A stretch of DNA of 64,000 nt from an uncultured Candidatus Entotheonella sp. (GTDB taxonomy: Bacteria; Tectomicrobia; Entotheonellia; Entotheonellales; Entotheonellaceae). Shown here in pieces: positions 27,201-37,477 of this stretch. The DNA lies in contig OZ244252.1 in NCBI GenBank assembly GCA_965217185.1, positions 2,592,001 through 2,656,000 on the forward strand. The letters are read 5' to 3'. Numbering within the stretch: position 1 is the first letter of the stretch; every line of letters begins with the position of its first letter. Under the pieces are notes generated by a model, which was not told where the DNA came from, did not search any database, and saw only the letters and a list, made by a program, of their open reading frames with translations. The position numbers were made by a program, and so were the translations under genes.

Positions 27201-28537
27201 CCTACGAGCAGGCCCTGGCCTACCTGGCACAGTTCATCAATTACGAATCCGGCCAACGGGTCCCGTACGCCCCCGAGCATTTCAACCTGGACGCCTTCGC
27301 CGCCTTCCTGCACGAACTTGGCGACCCGCACCGGGCCTTCCCTTCGGTGCTGATCGCGGGCTCCAAAGGCAAGGGTTCCACCGCCGCCATGATCGCGGCC
27401 ATTCTGTCGCAAGCAGGCTTGCGCACGGGGCTATTCACCAATCCGCATCTGGTCACCCTGCGCGAGCGAACCCAGATTGACCGCCAGCTCATCAGCGAAC
27501 CGGCGTTTGCCGCCCTTGTGTCCGAGTTGCGAAGCCACCTGCAACCGGCGCAGCGCGGCCAGCCGAGGCGCTTTCGCACCTTCTTCGAACTGACCACGGC
27601 CTTGAGCTTTCTGCATTTCGCCCGCCAACAGGTCGACATCGCGGTGGTGGAGGTGGGACTCGGCGGCCGCCTCGACACCACCAACGTTCTCACCCCGCAG
27701 GTCGCTGTCCTGACACCGATCGGTCTGGAGCACACCCACATCCTCGGTGATACGCTCGCGGTCATCGCTGGTGAGAAAGCCGGCATCATCAAGTCGCGCG
27801 CCTGTGTGGTAAGCGCGCCGCAAGAGCCGGAGGCGGCAGCGGTCTTCGAGCAACGGTGTCGGGAACAGGAAGCAATACTTTCGATGGCAGGGCGGGATTT
27901 TGTCTGGCAGGTCATCGACGCTGGCGCCGAGGGCACGCGTATGCGCTTCCGCGGGTTCGGCCACGAAATTGACGATATCGCCGTGTCACTCGTCGGACGC
28001 CATCAGGCGGCCAATGCTGCGGTGGCGGTGGCGGTTTGCCTGCAGTTGCGGCAAAAGGGCTGGAGCATCAACGACGACCACATTCGTCATGGACTCGCCG
28101 CGGTGCAATGGGAAGGCAGGGCTGAAATCATCGGTCGCCAGCCGTGGGTGGTGCTCGACGCCGCCCACACGGTGGAATCGGCCCGTTGTCTCGCCGACAC
28201 GCTGAGCGAGTTGTTTGGCGCCGAGCGTCTGTTCCTCGTGCTCGGCATGGCCACGGACAAGAAGGTGGAGGACGTCGTGGCCATCCTGGCTCCCCTGGCT
28301 CACGAGGTCATCGTCACCGCCTTCCACAGCCCGCGCGCCTGCAAGCCGCAACGCCTGGCCGATGAAGTACGACGCCACGGCGTGGCGGTTCGACTCGCCG
28401 AGACGCCCGAACAGGCGCTAGCCTTGGCGCGCGCCAGGGCGCGGCCAACGGACGCCATTTGCGTCACCGGATCGGTGTTGCTGCTCGGCGAGATCAAGGC
28501 CCACCTTCTAAACCAATCCCTCGAATTTTCAGGCTGA
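27194..28537 (+). CDS. folC: Folylpolyglutamate/dihydrofolate synthase
   Basis: IAGSKGKGST, EVGLGGRLDTTN, EKAGIIK, LDAAH, VTGS. Confidence 0.95.
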   Translation: MLTYEQALAYLAQFINYESGQRVPYAPEHFNLDAFAAFLHELGDPHRAFPSVLIAGSKGKGSTAAMIAAILSQAGLRTGLFTNPHLVTLRERTQIDRQLISEPAFAALVSELRSHLQPAQRGQPRRFRTFFELTTALSFLHFARQQVDIAVVEVGLGGRLDTTNVLTPQVAVLTPIGLEHTHILGDTLAVIAGEKAGIIKSRACVVSAPQEPEAAAVFEQRCREQEAILSMAGRDFVWQVIDAGAEGTRMRFRGFGHEIDDIAVSLVGRHQAANAAVAVAVCLQLRQKGWSINDDHIRHGLAAVQWEGRAEIIGRQPWVVLDAAHTVESARCLADTLSELFGAERLFLVLGMATDKKVEDVVAILAPLAHEVIVTAFHSPRACKPQRLADEVRRHGVAVRLAETPEQALALARARARPTDAICVTGSVLLLGEIKAHLLNQSLEFSG

Positions 28538-30232
28538 CATGCCGAGCGACGACTTGCTGGACGCAAACCGCGTCAGCACCTCGCCGGGCGCCCGCGGCGG
28601 CGTCAGATAATCCACCCCGTCGAACACCTGAACGCCGTTGACCCATGTGCCCAACAGCCCCGGCGCGCGGCGCAGCAGACGCTCGCCGCCGGCCGGCAGA
28701 TCGTGATGGCGCTCCGTGCCGGTGATGCGCAGCCTGTCGGGGTCGAACAGGATCATATCGGCGAAGGCGTCGGGGACGAGCCGGCCTCTATCTACAATAC
28801 CGTACACCTCGGCAGGATCGCTGGTGACCTTGCGGATGGCCGTCGGCAAGTCGAACACGCCCTTGTCGCGCACCCAGTGGCTCAGCAGGTGCATGGCGTA
28901 GGCCGCATCACACAACAGCGCGTTGTGCGCCCCGGCGTCGGACAGGCTGACCAGGGTGCCGTCGTTGGTGATCAATTCCTCCACGCCCGCCTCGTCCATG
29001 TTCAGGATGTAGAAAGTGTAAAACGTCTCGAAGTCTTCTTGCAGGGCGAGGTCCAGAAACAGATCGAGCGGGTCGACGCCGCGCGCCTTGGCGATGTCGG
29101 CAACGGTCCGGTTTTCGAGTTCGGCGTTCTCCAAGCGGCCGGTACGGGTCACCAACACCCAGTCCCAGCGGCCATTGAACACCCGCCCGCCGACCGGACT
29201 GGCAAGGGCGTCGCGAAAAGCTTGGCGGAACGAGGGATCCGAGAGAATCCGTCGCAACTCCGTGTGGTCCGGGGTGGCAGGCCAGGGATCGATGGCCTTG
29301 AGGATGTAGGCGGCGTCGAGCGGGAAGCTGAGGCTGAGAGGCTGGCACGAGCCCTGCGTGTAGACGCGGTGGCCGCGTTGGCGGGCGGCCTGCGCCTGGA
29401 GCATGAGGTTGCGCCCGCGTTCAGGCTCGTGGGCGTAATGGAAATGCGCCGCGTACACCGCCGGGCGGCCGCTGCGGCGGGCGAAGTCTTCCATGAAGTC
29501 CATGCCCATATAATTGCCGGGGGTAATCAGAAAAACGCCATGGTCGTAGTCCGCCATGGCGTCGGCAAAGGCGCCGAACTCGGCGAATTCGGCGAGCCGC
29601 GAGGCGATCGGCACGCCGCCGTGGCCACGGTGATTTTCGTTGGTCGAGGAGCCGAACCCGATGGCCCCGGCGTCCATGGCGTCGCGGAACAGCCCCACCA
29701 TCGCTTCGAGTTCCTCGTCCCGCGCCGAGCGCTGGGAGCTATCCTCGCCCATGACGACGGTGCGAATGGTGGCGTGCGAGGCCAGCGCCGCCACGTTCGG
29801 GTAGGTGCCCTGGCGGCACAGCAGGTCGAGATACTCGCCAAAGCCCTCAAAGCCCCAGCGCACGCCGGCCTTCAGGGTGTCGAGCGACATGCCCTCGACC
29901 TCGGCGAGGTTGGCAAGAATGGCTTCTCGCGCGGCGGGCGGCGCAGGCGCGATGCCGAAGCCGCAGTTGCCGATCACCACGGTGGTGACGCCCAACGCGG
30001 GCGACGGCGAGGCGGTAGCGTCCCAAATCAATTGCGCGTCGTAATGGGTGTGCAGGTCGATCACGCCGGGCGCCAGCACCATGCCCTGTGCGTCCACGGT
30101 CGCAGCCGCCGGCTGCCGCACGTCCCCAATTTCCGCCACGCGGCCGTTCTCAACGGCGAGGTCACCCTCCTGCAAGGGATTACCGAGCCCGTCGGCGATC
30201 CGCGCGTTTCGTATTACCAAGTCGTACATCAT
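28529..30232 (-). CDS. N-acyl-D-amino-acid deacylase-family amidohydrolase
   Basis: APGVIDLHTHYDAQ, GVTTVVIGNCGFG, SDAGAH, DLPAGG.R; GGAG SD. Confidence 0.9.
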   Translation of the reverse strand: MMYDLVIRNARIADGLGNPLQEGDLAVENGRVAEIGDVRQPAAATVDAQGMVLAPGVIDLHTHYDAQLIWDATASPSPALGVTTVVIGNCGFGIAPAPPAAREAILANLAEVEGMSLDTLKAGVRWGFEGFGEYLDLLCRQGTYPNVAALASHATIRTVVMGEDSSQRSARDEELEAMVGLFRDAMDAGAIGFGSSTNENHRGHGGVPIASRLAEFAEFGAFADAMADYDHGVFLITPGNYMGMDFMEDFARRSGRPAVYAAHFHYAHEPERGRNLMLQAQAARQRGHRVYTQGSCQPLSLSFPLDAAYILKAIDPWPATPDHTELRRILSDPSFRQAFRDALASPVGGRVFNGRWDWVLVTRTGRLENAELENRTVADIAKARGVDPLDLFLDLALQEDFETFYTFYILNMDEAGVEELITNDGTLVSLSDAGAHNALLCDAAYAMHLLSHWVRDKGVFDLPTAIRKVTSDPAEVYGIVDRGRLVPDAFADMILFDPDRLRITGTERHHDLPAGGERLLRRAPGLLGTWVNGVQVFDGVDYLTPPRAPGEVLTRFASSKSSLGMSA

Positions 30233-30425
30233 GTTTCTCCATTTGTTGGACAGCCTTGGGTTCGCCTTACATGGCCCCGCAATCGCGCCGGAAAGGCGCA
30301 GCCTAGCACATTCCCAAATGGCCCGCCTGTCCGTCATCTTGCAAAAGCTTCTGCACCCGGCTACAACGGATGACACTGCCACCGAGTGGCATACCGCGCC
30401 ACCATTCCAAGGAGGATCCAAACCG

Positions 30426-32352
30426 GTGTCCACGTCTTCGAAGGTCCGCTACCAGGCGGACGAGAACCCACCAGGCCCGCTCGCCTTCGGCCTTGGCCTG
30501 CAATATGCCGTGCTCACCATTGCCGGCATCGTGCTCACCCCCGCCATTGTGATTCGCGCTGCCGGACTGGGCGACCCGCTGCTCACCTGGGCCGCATTCG
30601 CGGCGTTGGTCGTTAGCGGTGTGACGACCGTCGTCCAGGCCCGCCGGGTGGGGCACGTCGGCGCCGGCCACATCCTGTTGATGGGCACGTCCGGCGCCTT
30701 CATCGCCGTGTGCGTCACCGCCTTGATTGAGGGTGGCGCTGCCCTGCTCGCAACGCTTGTCATCGTTTCCTCGCTGTTCCAGTTTCTTTTCGCCTGGCGA
30801 CTCTCCTGGCTACGACGGGTCATCACGCCCATTGTCGGCGGCACCGTCATCATGCTCATCGCGGTCACCGTTATGCCCATCATCTTTGGCATGCTGGCCA
30901 AGGTCCCGCCCGGCGCACCGCCCGCGGCAGCGCCGGTGAGTGCGTTGGCAACCTTGGCCCTTATCGTTGGCATTGTGATGCGCGGGCGCGGCCATCTCCG
31001 TCTGTGGGCGCCAGTGGTCGGCGTGGTGGGCGGCTGCGTGGTGGCGGGCTTTTTCGGCCTTTACGATTGGGTGTAAGTCCGAAATTGAGCGATTCTGAGG
31101 GGGTCTGGTACGGCTTGGGGACATGATTGATGCGCGAGGTGACAAAGTGTCACGTAGGACGGTGGGTGATGGGCAGCACTCCTCTGGGGTATTGTTGGTT
31201 TATCTACAAAATTGGCGCACGGACGGGCCGCCTAACTGGTCAATTTGAGACCTACGCCCTTACGATTGGACTCGGGTGATCGAAGCACCGTGGGTCGGCA
31301 TTCCCACCGCGGGCTTCGGCGGCTGGGACCTCCGGTTCGGTCCGGCATTCTGGGCGCTGCTGCCGGCCTTCGTGTTTGTCACCGTGGTCGGAGCCATCGA
31401 AACTGTTGGCGACGCGGTGGCCATCCAGCGGGTGTCGTGGCGCAACGAGCGGGCCGTGGATTACCGCGCGGTTCAGGGCGCGGTGAACGCGGACGGGCTC
31501 GGCAACCTACTCTCCGGCCTACTCGGCACCATCCCGAACACAACTTATTCAACCAGCGTTGCAGTTGCCGAACTCACCGGCGTCGGGGCGCGCGTGGTCG
31601 GCGTCTATATCGGCGCCCTGTTTCTGGCGTTCGCCTTCCTGCCCAAGGTCCCCGCAGTGCTCCTGGCCATTCCCGGTCCGGTGGCGGGCGCCTACATCAT
31701 GGTGCTTCTCTCCATGCTGTTCGTGCTGGGCATGAAAATCGTCATCCAGGACGGCGTGGACTACAAGAAAGGGGTGATTGTCGGCGTCTCTTTCTGGATC
31801 GGCGTCGGCTTCCAGCATGAGTTGATCTTCGCGGACCGACTTGGCGAGTGGTGGGGCGCTCTGCTGGGCAACGGCATGACCGCCGGCGGCTTGGCGGCTA
31901 TCGTGCTTTCTTTGGCGCTGGACCTGACCGGCGGCAGGCGGGTGCGCATGGAGGCGGAATTAAACGTGGAGGCTTTGCCCGCCATCCGGACGTTCCTGCA
32001 GGATGCCTCCCGCCGTGCGGGTTGGGACAAGGAAGCGACGGAACGCCTGTCAGCAGCAGCAGAGGAAACGGTGCTGAGCCTTTTGGACGGCGGCGCCGAT
32101 ACCGGCGGCCGCCGCCTGCTCGTCATCGCCCGTGCCGACGGGGAAGTGGCGGAATTGGAGTTCGTCGCCGCTGGCGGCGGCGAGAATCTGGAGGATCGGA
32201 TGGTGCTCGGCGACTCCATCGACGCGCCGCCGGAACAAAACGTGTCGCTGCGCCTGCTACGCCACTTCGCCTCCGAGGTACGCCACCAGCAATACCACGA
32301 CGCGGACATCGTGACGGTGCGGGTGGAACGCGCGCCGGCACCGCAAGGCTGA
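30426..32352 (+). pseudogene. NCS2 (xanthine/uracil) permease fused to a C-terminal RsbW/HATPase-like domain, interrupted by a MITE
   Basis: GLQ..TP, MGTSG, ETVGD, ADGLGN..PNTTYSTSV; removing 31069-31259 plus one TSD restores GLYDWTRVIEAPW and a 575-aa ORF. Confidence 0.88.
31069..31259. mobile_element. 191-bp non-autonomous MITE
   Basis: TIRs GGGTGTAAGTCCGAAATTGA vs reverse complement GGGCGTAGGTCTCAAATTGA (16/20); TTACGATT duplicated at 31061-31068 and 31260-31267. Confidence 0.92.
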
Positions 32353-32362
32353 AGGCTCCAAC

Positions 32363-32414
32363 AAAAAAACGGGACAACCGAACGCGCCGCGTGTGGCCGC
32401 GTCCAGTTGCCCCG
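32363..32414 (-). terminator. Rho-independent terminator downstream of the LLM gene
   Basis: 17-bp stem (with G-U pairs on the minus strand) followed by U7. Confidence 0.75.
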
Positions 32415-32431
32415 AATTCGTCAGGCGATCG

Positions 32432-33691
32432 TCAGTCCTTGAACGCCGGGATGATGTGCTTGGCGAACATCTCCAATTGGCGCTCCTGCTCCTCCCACGA
32501 CATCATACCTTGGTCGAAGAACCAGCCGAACCATTCCAGCTCGCCGTCGCCTTCGTGCATCTTGTGCAGGGCCTCGATCTCGCGCTTGACCTGATCGGGG
32601 GTGCCGGCCAGGGCGTACTTGACGTCCCGCATGCGCTTCACGGTCCACTCCTTGGGTGGCAGCGGGGTGTACGGGTCGAGAGGGTACTGCTTGGCGTCGT
32701 CGGGCGAGCGGTGCGCCTCGAAGAAGCCGAACGGCCCGAAGAACTCTTTGAAGCTGGCGAAATTGGTTTTGGCCAGCAGGTCCACGGCCTCCTGCTCGTT
32801 GTTGCCGAAGTGCACGGAGCGCACCGCGCCCAGAGACTCGCCGAACTTGAGGTTGCGGCCCTCGTCGTTGGCCGAGTCCTGATAGACCTTGGCGATGTGC
32901 CGGAAGCTCTCCGGGTGGGCGGTCAGAATCCACGGCGTGATGCCCTGCTTGGCGCACCAGAGGATCGTCCGCTCGCTGGCGCCGAAGGGCTGCATCATGG
33001 GCGGGTGCGGCTTCTGATAGGGCGCCGGGATGACGCACACGTTGCGGATGGCGCCGTTTTCGTCCAGTTCGCCGGGGGCGCCGTAGGTGTTCGTGAATTC
33101 CGTGATCGGCCAGCGGGTGATGCCGGTGTCGTACGGGTAAGGCACCTTGTAGTACTCGCCGTCGTGGTTGATTGTCTCCTGCGTCCAGGCTTTCTTGATG
33201 ACCTTGACCGCTTCCTCGAATACCGCGCGGTTATGGTTGTCCACGGCGCTGCCGTCCATGGTGGCGCCGGTGGAGTGGTACTGCTGCCCCATGATGTTGA
33301 CCCAGCGGTCCTGGTAGCCGCGCGCGAAGCCGACGTACAGGCGGCCCTTGCTGAGGTGGTCGAACACCGCCACTTCTTCCGCCACCCGGATTGGGTCCCA
33401 GGCAGCCAGGACGAGGCCGAGGGGGGCGAACTTGAGCCGTTCGGTGCGGGCCGCCAGGTCGGTGTACAGGAGCATGGGCGCCACCGAGGCTTCCATGCCT
33501 TCGGAGTGCATGTGATGCTCGGTGGTTCCCATCACGTCGAACCCCGCCTGGTCGGCAAAGACGGCCAGCTTGCGCAGCTCGTCGATCATCTGCTGGTACT
33601 TGTCGTGATTCCTGCCGATGGGCCTGAGTTGCTCGCGTTCCGCGAACGTCTCAGCGGGGATGGTCGGCAAGGCAAACAGCATGAATTTCAC
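32432..33691 (-). CDS. LLM-class (luciferase-like) flavin/F420-dependent oxidoreductase
   Basis: GTG start with GGAGG SD; TEHHMHSEG, PIRVAEE..DHLSKGR..GFARGYQ, PYQKPHPP. Confidence 0.9.
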   Translation of the reverse strand: MKFMLFALPTIPAETFAEREQLRPIGRNHDKYQQMIDELRKLAVFADQAGFDVMGTTEHHMHSEGMEASVAPMLLYTDLAARTERLKFAPLGLVLAAWDPIRVAEEVAVFDHLSKGRLYVGFARGYQDRWVNIMGQQYHSTGATMDGSAVDNHNRAVFEEAVKVIKKAWTQETINHDGEYYKVPYPYDTGITRWPITEFTNTYGAPGELDENGAIRNVCVIPAPYQKPHPPMMQPFGASERTILWCAKQGITPWILTAHPESFRHIAKVYQDSANDEGRNLKFGESLGAVRSVHFGNNEQEAVDLLAKTNFASFKEFFGPFGFFEAHRSPDDAKQYPLDPYTPLPPKEWTVKRMRDVKYALAGTPDQVKREIEALHKMHEGDGELEWFGWFFDQGMMSWEEQERQLEMFAKHIIPAFKD

Positions 33692-33791
33692 GCCACACCT
33701 CCTGTGTTCTCCACGGGTTGCAAGGAGCTTGAAATGAGGGCGGCATTGTAGGAGAGGCTCCGGGGCAGTGCAAGCGGGAGGCAGTTGACGT

Positions 33792-34307
33792 TCAGTCTTT
33801 GGCGGTGCCGTATTCGCGTTGCAGTCGCTGGATGACCAAGCGGTCGGTGGAAAAGGCGAGGTTGTCCGGCACGTCGTGCAAAGGCACCCAAGCAACCTCG
33901 TCAACGTCATCGGCCGCCTGAAGGGTTCCCTCCAGCACGGTGCCCCAAAACCAGATGCCGACCGAATGCGACGCCGGATCGTGGAAATTCGAATGCACCG
34001 CGTACACCTCTCCGATCTCGACCAACAAGCCGGTCTCCTCGCGGAATTCGCGCCGCGCCGCCGCGCGTACGTCCTCGTCGTACTCGACGTAACCGCACGG
34101 AATGCACCAGGCGCCCCGGTACGGCCCGCGCGCCCGCCGGGCCAGCACGAGTCGGCCTTCTTGCAGGACGATGACGGCGACGCCGACGGCGGGATTCTGC
34201 CAGAAGATAAACCGGCAGGCCGGACACACCATGCGTTCGTGGCCGTGCTGCATCTGGCGGGTGAATGCCGTGGCGCATCGTGGGCAATAGTCGTAGGTTC
34301 GCGGCAT
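33792..34307 (-). CDS. NUDIX hydrolase with N-terminal Zn ribbon
   Basis: CPRC..CPAC, NP, GYVEYDE..AARREFREETG Nudix box. Confidence 0.92.
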   Translation of the reverse strand: MPRTYDYCPRCATAFTRQMQHGHERMVCPACRFIFWQNPAVGVAVIVLQEGRLVLARRARGPYRGAWCIPCGYVEYDEDVRAAARREFREETGLLVEIGEVYAVHSNFHDPASHSVGIWFWGTVLEGTLQAADDVDEVAWVPLHDVPDNLAFSTDRLVIQRLQREYGTAKD

Positions 34308-34404
34308 GGCATTACCTCTTGACGTGCGTTGCAATTGGCCGTTGGGAAGGGATATAGTGCCCGCCGTCGTAGGTCATCCCCAAGTCCTGAAAGGAGTTCC
34401 AATC

Positions 34405-34917
34405 ATGCCGGCCGACGCGCCCTTGCCATCCGTGCCGCAACACGTTCTGGAAGGCATTTACACTCACGCCCGCGAGACCTATCCCGACGAATGCTGCGGG
34501 TTTCTCATCGCGCCGCAGGGCAGTCCGGTGATCGACGAGGCGCGCCCGTGCGTCAACGAGCAGAATCGCTACCACGCCCTCGACCCGGAGCGCTTTCCGC
34601 GCACGGCGCGCGAGGCTTACTACCTCGGCGGCAAGGATTTGAGATTCCTGCTCGAAAGCGTCTCCGGCGAGCGCCCGGTGAAGATCATCTACCATTCCCA
34701 CCCCGACGTCGGCGCCTACTTTTCCGCCGAGGACACCCGCGCCGCACTGGGCCGCGAACCCGACGACACCACGGAACCCCTCTACCCGGTGGACCACATC
34801 GTCATCGACGCCCAGTCCGACCACGTCGCCGAGGCCAAACTCTTCCGCTGGGACGGCGGGCAGCGCTCCTTCGTGCACGTAGACACCTACGCCGGCGAGC
34901 GTTCCGCCGTCAAGTAA
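34405..34917 (+). CDS. Mov34/MPN/JAB metallopeptidase (Mec-like)
   Basis: YPDECCG, YHSHPD..FS.ED JAMM motif; AAGGAG SD. Confidence 0.88.
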   Translation: MPADAPLPSVPQHVLEGIYTHARETYPDECCGFLIAPQGSPVIDEARPCVNEQNRYHALDPERFPRTAREAYYLGGKDLRFLLESVSGERPVKIIYHSHPDVGAYFSAEDTRAALGREPDDTTEPLYPVDHIVIDAQSDHVAEAKLFRWDGGQRSFVHVDTYAGERSAVK

Positions 34918-35042
34918 ATTTGGGCTTGCCACATGGCCTCCTTATATAGAACTGGGTAGTAAACCCGTGACATCCCTGTTACCTTCTATTCAGGTAAAGA
35001 GGATTGGCGTGGGCCAAGTGCATTTGAATAGGGAGAAAGTCA

Positions 35043-36251
35043 ATGTTAAGGCCACTCTATGCAGCGTTAGGTGTTCTGACGGTTGGTTTCGCCGTGATGG
35101 TTACCGGCAGCGCGTATGGGCAGGTGCACTCGGGGGTGCATCCGGTTCCAGCGGTGCTTAAACAGGTCATCGCCAGCTTTGACAACCCTGAAGGCTCCAT
35201 CTTCAGTGCGGACGGACGTTTCGTATTCGTGACCAGCGCCGCTGAACTTGGCCCCACACGCTCAGATGGCTTTGGGTGGGCTGAGGGCGAATCCTACATC
35301 AGCAAGCTCGAAGTGCTGGCGTCGGGCGAGTTGAAGATGGTGAATGACAAACTCATCACCGGCTTGACCGGGGGGGTGGGCATGGGCGTGCTGCCGGTGA
35401 GTACGGCGACGTTTCCCGCCGGAACGATTTTTGCCTGCTTGCCCCACGCACCGCTACGAGATGCCGATGGACAGGTGATCACTGACCGCAATCGGATGCG
35501 CTCGAAACTCCTGGCCTTCAACACGGACGGACAGGTACTTGGCGAGATTGATCTGGGACACGGATCGCTCTTCGAAGAGATCAACGGCAGTCCTGTCCTC
35601 ATACCCAATGCCATTGGATTCGATGCCAGCGGCAATCTCTTTTTGACCGATACGGCGCTGGCCGGTGATCAGTTTGAGCCGCCCTTTGAAAATAAAGGCG
35701 GCGTCTGGATGATTCCCGCGGGCGCTATAGACGATCTCGCCACAGGCAAACGTCCGGCGCAACTGCCGCTTTTCTTGCCGATGCCCGGCAAGCCGGATGG
35801 GGTCGAAGTCTCTCATCTGGATGGCAAGGTGTATGTGAACACGGTAGGTCTGGCGGCTGGAGCCCCGGATCCGATTGGTGGCGGTATCTATGCTCTGACC
35901 ATGAGCAACTTCGAGACCGGGGACCTGCCGTCGCCGATTGATCGCGACCTGGGCGCGTTGGACGGTCTGGATTTCACGCGTGGCGGAACGATGCTCAACA
36001 CGCAGATCCGCAGTGGTATGCCGAGTTACCTCACGGTGAACTGCCCTGGGAAAATCGCCACCATGCTGGCGATCGAGCCCGGCGGGAGCGCTGCGGATCT
36101 GAGCGGGCCGGCCGATATCGCTATCCGCCAACTGGCTGACGGCAGCCACCTGGTCGTCATTCCGGAACTCATGGCTCGTGATGATACGCCGGGAGATGAC
36201 GAGGTCTCGGTCGTGTTGCTGCCGCCCGATTTTGACGCGGCCTGTGAATAA
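35043..36251 (+). CDS. Secreted beta-propeller-like hypothetical protein (SMP-30/NHL-like)
   Basis: Signal peptide; NPEGS, PNAIGFD..GNLFLTD, PDGVEV, LDGLDF, PADIA blade motifs. Confidence 0.65.
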   Translation: MLRPLYAALGVLTVGFAVMVTGSAYGQVHSGVHPVPAVLKQVIASFDNPEGSIFSADGRFVFVTSAAELGPTRSDGFGWAEGESYISKLEVLASGELKMVNDKLITGLTGGVGMGVLPVSTATFPAGTIFACLPHAPLRDADGQVITDRNRMRSKLLAFNTDGQVLGEIDLGHGSLFEEINGSPVLIPNAIGFDASGNLFLTDTALAGDQFEPPFENKGGVWMIPAGAIDDLATGKRPAQLPLFLPMPGKPDGVEVSHLDGKVYVNTVGLAAGAPDPIGGGIYALTMSNFETGDLPSPIDRDLGALDGLDFTRGGTMLNTQIRSGMPSYLTVNCPGKIATMLAIEPGGSAADLSGPADIAIRQLADGSHLVVIPELMARDDTPGDDEVSVVLLPPDFDAACE

Positions 36252-36335
36252 GTGGAACGTAGGGGTAGCTCATTGCCGGAAACCTGATGTTAGCGGCAAG
36301 AGCTACCCAATTTCTCTCCTGGGGACAGCCAGACC

Positions 36336-36731
36336 GTGGCAACCACCCTGCTGCTGTCGAAAATCCTCGGCCCCGTGTTGCTGCTCCACGGAATTTCCAT
36401 CCTCATCGACCGACAACACTTCATCGCCATGCTGGAAGGGTTGGAAAAGGAGACAACTTCCGTTGCATTCTCCGTCTTTCCAATCATCCTGCTCATGGTC
36501 AGCATCACGCTTGCCGTGACCCACTCGGACACATCAAGTCCTGCCGCCGTCATCCTCCACGTCATCGCCTGGGGCGGCATCCTCAAGGGAGCGGTGTTGA
36601 TCCTCCGGCCCAAGGTGCTGCTCGCTCAAGCGCAGCATTTTGGTAGGCCCGGCTTTCTGCATGGGGTCTGGATCGTCTGCATCTGTCTGGGGTCATATTT
36701 CACTTGGTTCGGGTATTTCAGAGTGGCTTGA
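36336..36731 (+). CDS. Small 4-TM membrane protein
   Basis: Four hydrophobic segments, GW-like motif IAWGGILKG. Confidence 0.65.
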   Translation: MATTLLLSKILGPVLLLHGISILIDRQHFIAMLEGLEKETTSVAFSVFPIILLMVSITLAVTHSDTSSPAAVILHVIAWGGILKGAVLILRPKVLLAQAQHFGRPGFLHGVWIVCICLGSYFTWFGYFRVA

Positions 36732-36800
36732 CAGGAATGTTACGGACCCGGCGGCTCGCGGCGGCCAAACCGCGCCTGCAGGCAGAGCCGCCGGCGCATC

Positions 36801-37470
36801 TCACATACCCGGATCACCGGCCGGCGGCTGCTTCAAGCCGACAAATGTTCCGAGCAAGGCACCTTCGCCCCCCACAACCGTTTCAAAGGATACGCCTACC
36901 GTTCCGGCTACCAGGCGCGGACCACCGGCTTCGTCCGATTTATCCGATTTATTGGACAAATTGCCTTCCCACGACCCGCTTGACGACGTCACGAAACCGG
37001 GCGGCAAGCCCGCGTCCCCGGTTGGCTCTAATTTGAGATTTCCGCTGCTCCCAAAGGCCCATCCATTTGGAGAGGCGTCTCAAAAAGCTTGACTCGATAG
37101 GGCAGGACTCTTGCCTCCCGTTGCATCCGTTCACCGGATTCTCCATCCACAAAAAGGAGATCGTGAACCCGGAATCCCTGCAACGGTACAGACGCAATCT
37201 GGCATCCCATGCAGCCTTTCTATCGTTTGTTCTTCAAAGTCAGTGGTCAGCAGGATGGTCGAGTCAAATCTTCCGACTTCCGAACTCCCCGCAGTTACCG
37301 CCGGATTCGCAGGATTCGTTCCGTACCGACTGACGTAAAATCCTTGCGCGAGGCCTTCGTAACTGGCTTCTCCGCTAACGGGCAAGACCGCAGCAGTCAT
37401 CGGCGACAATTCTGGTCCGTCTACGAAGACCCCGGCCTCGGCGTTCTCAAAGTCCAGAGACTGACCTTCG
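36801..37470 (-). pseudogene. Fragment of a TbpB/HupA-like beta-barrel surface protein (frameshifted, 5'-truncated)
   Basis: LPVSGEASYEGLAQGFY..TILLTTDFEEQTI, continuing in other frames to SSGSWEGNLSN..PRLVAGTVG..ALLGTFVG. Confidence 0.5.
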
Positions 37471-37477
37471 CCTAACG

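Noticed and set aside
32432..34402. 656-aa LLM with N-terminal extension
   Set aside because: The extension overlaps the NUDIX gene in another frame; GGAGG+GTG at 33691 is the likely start
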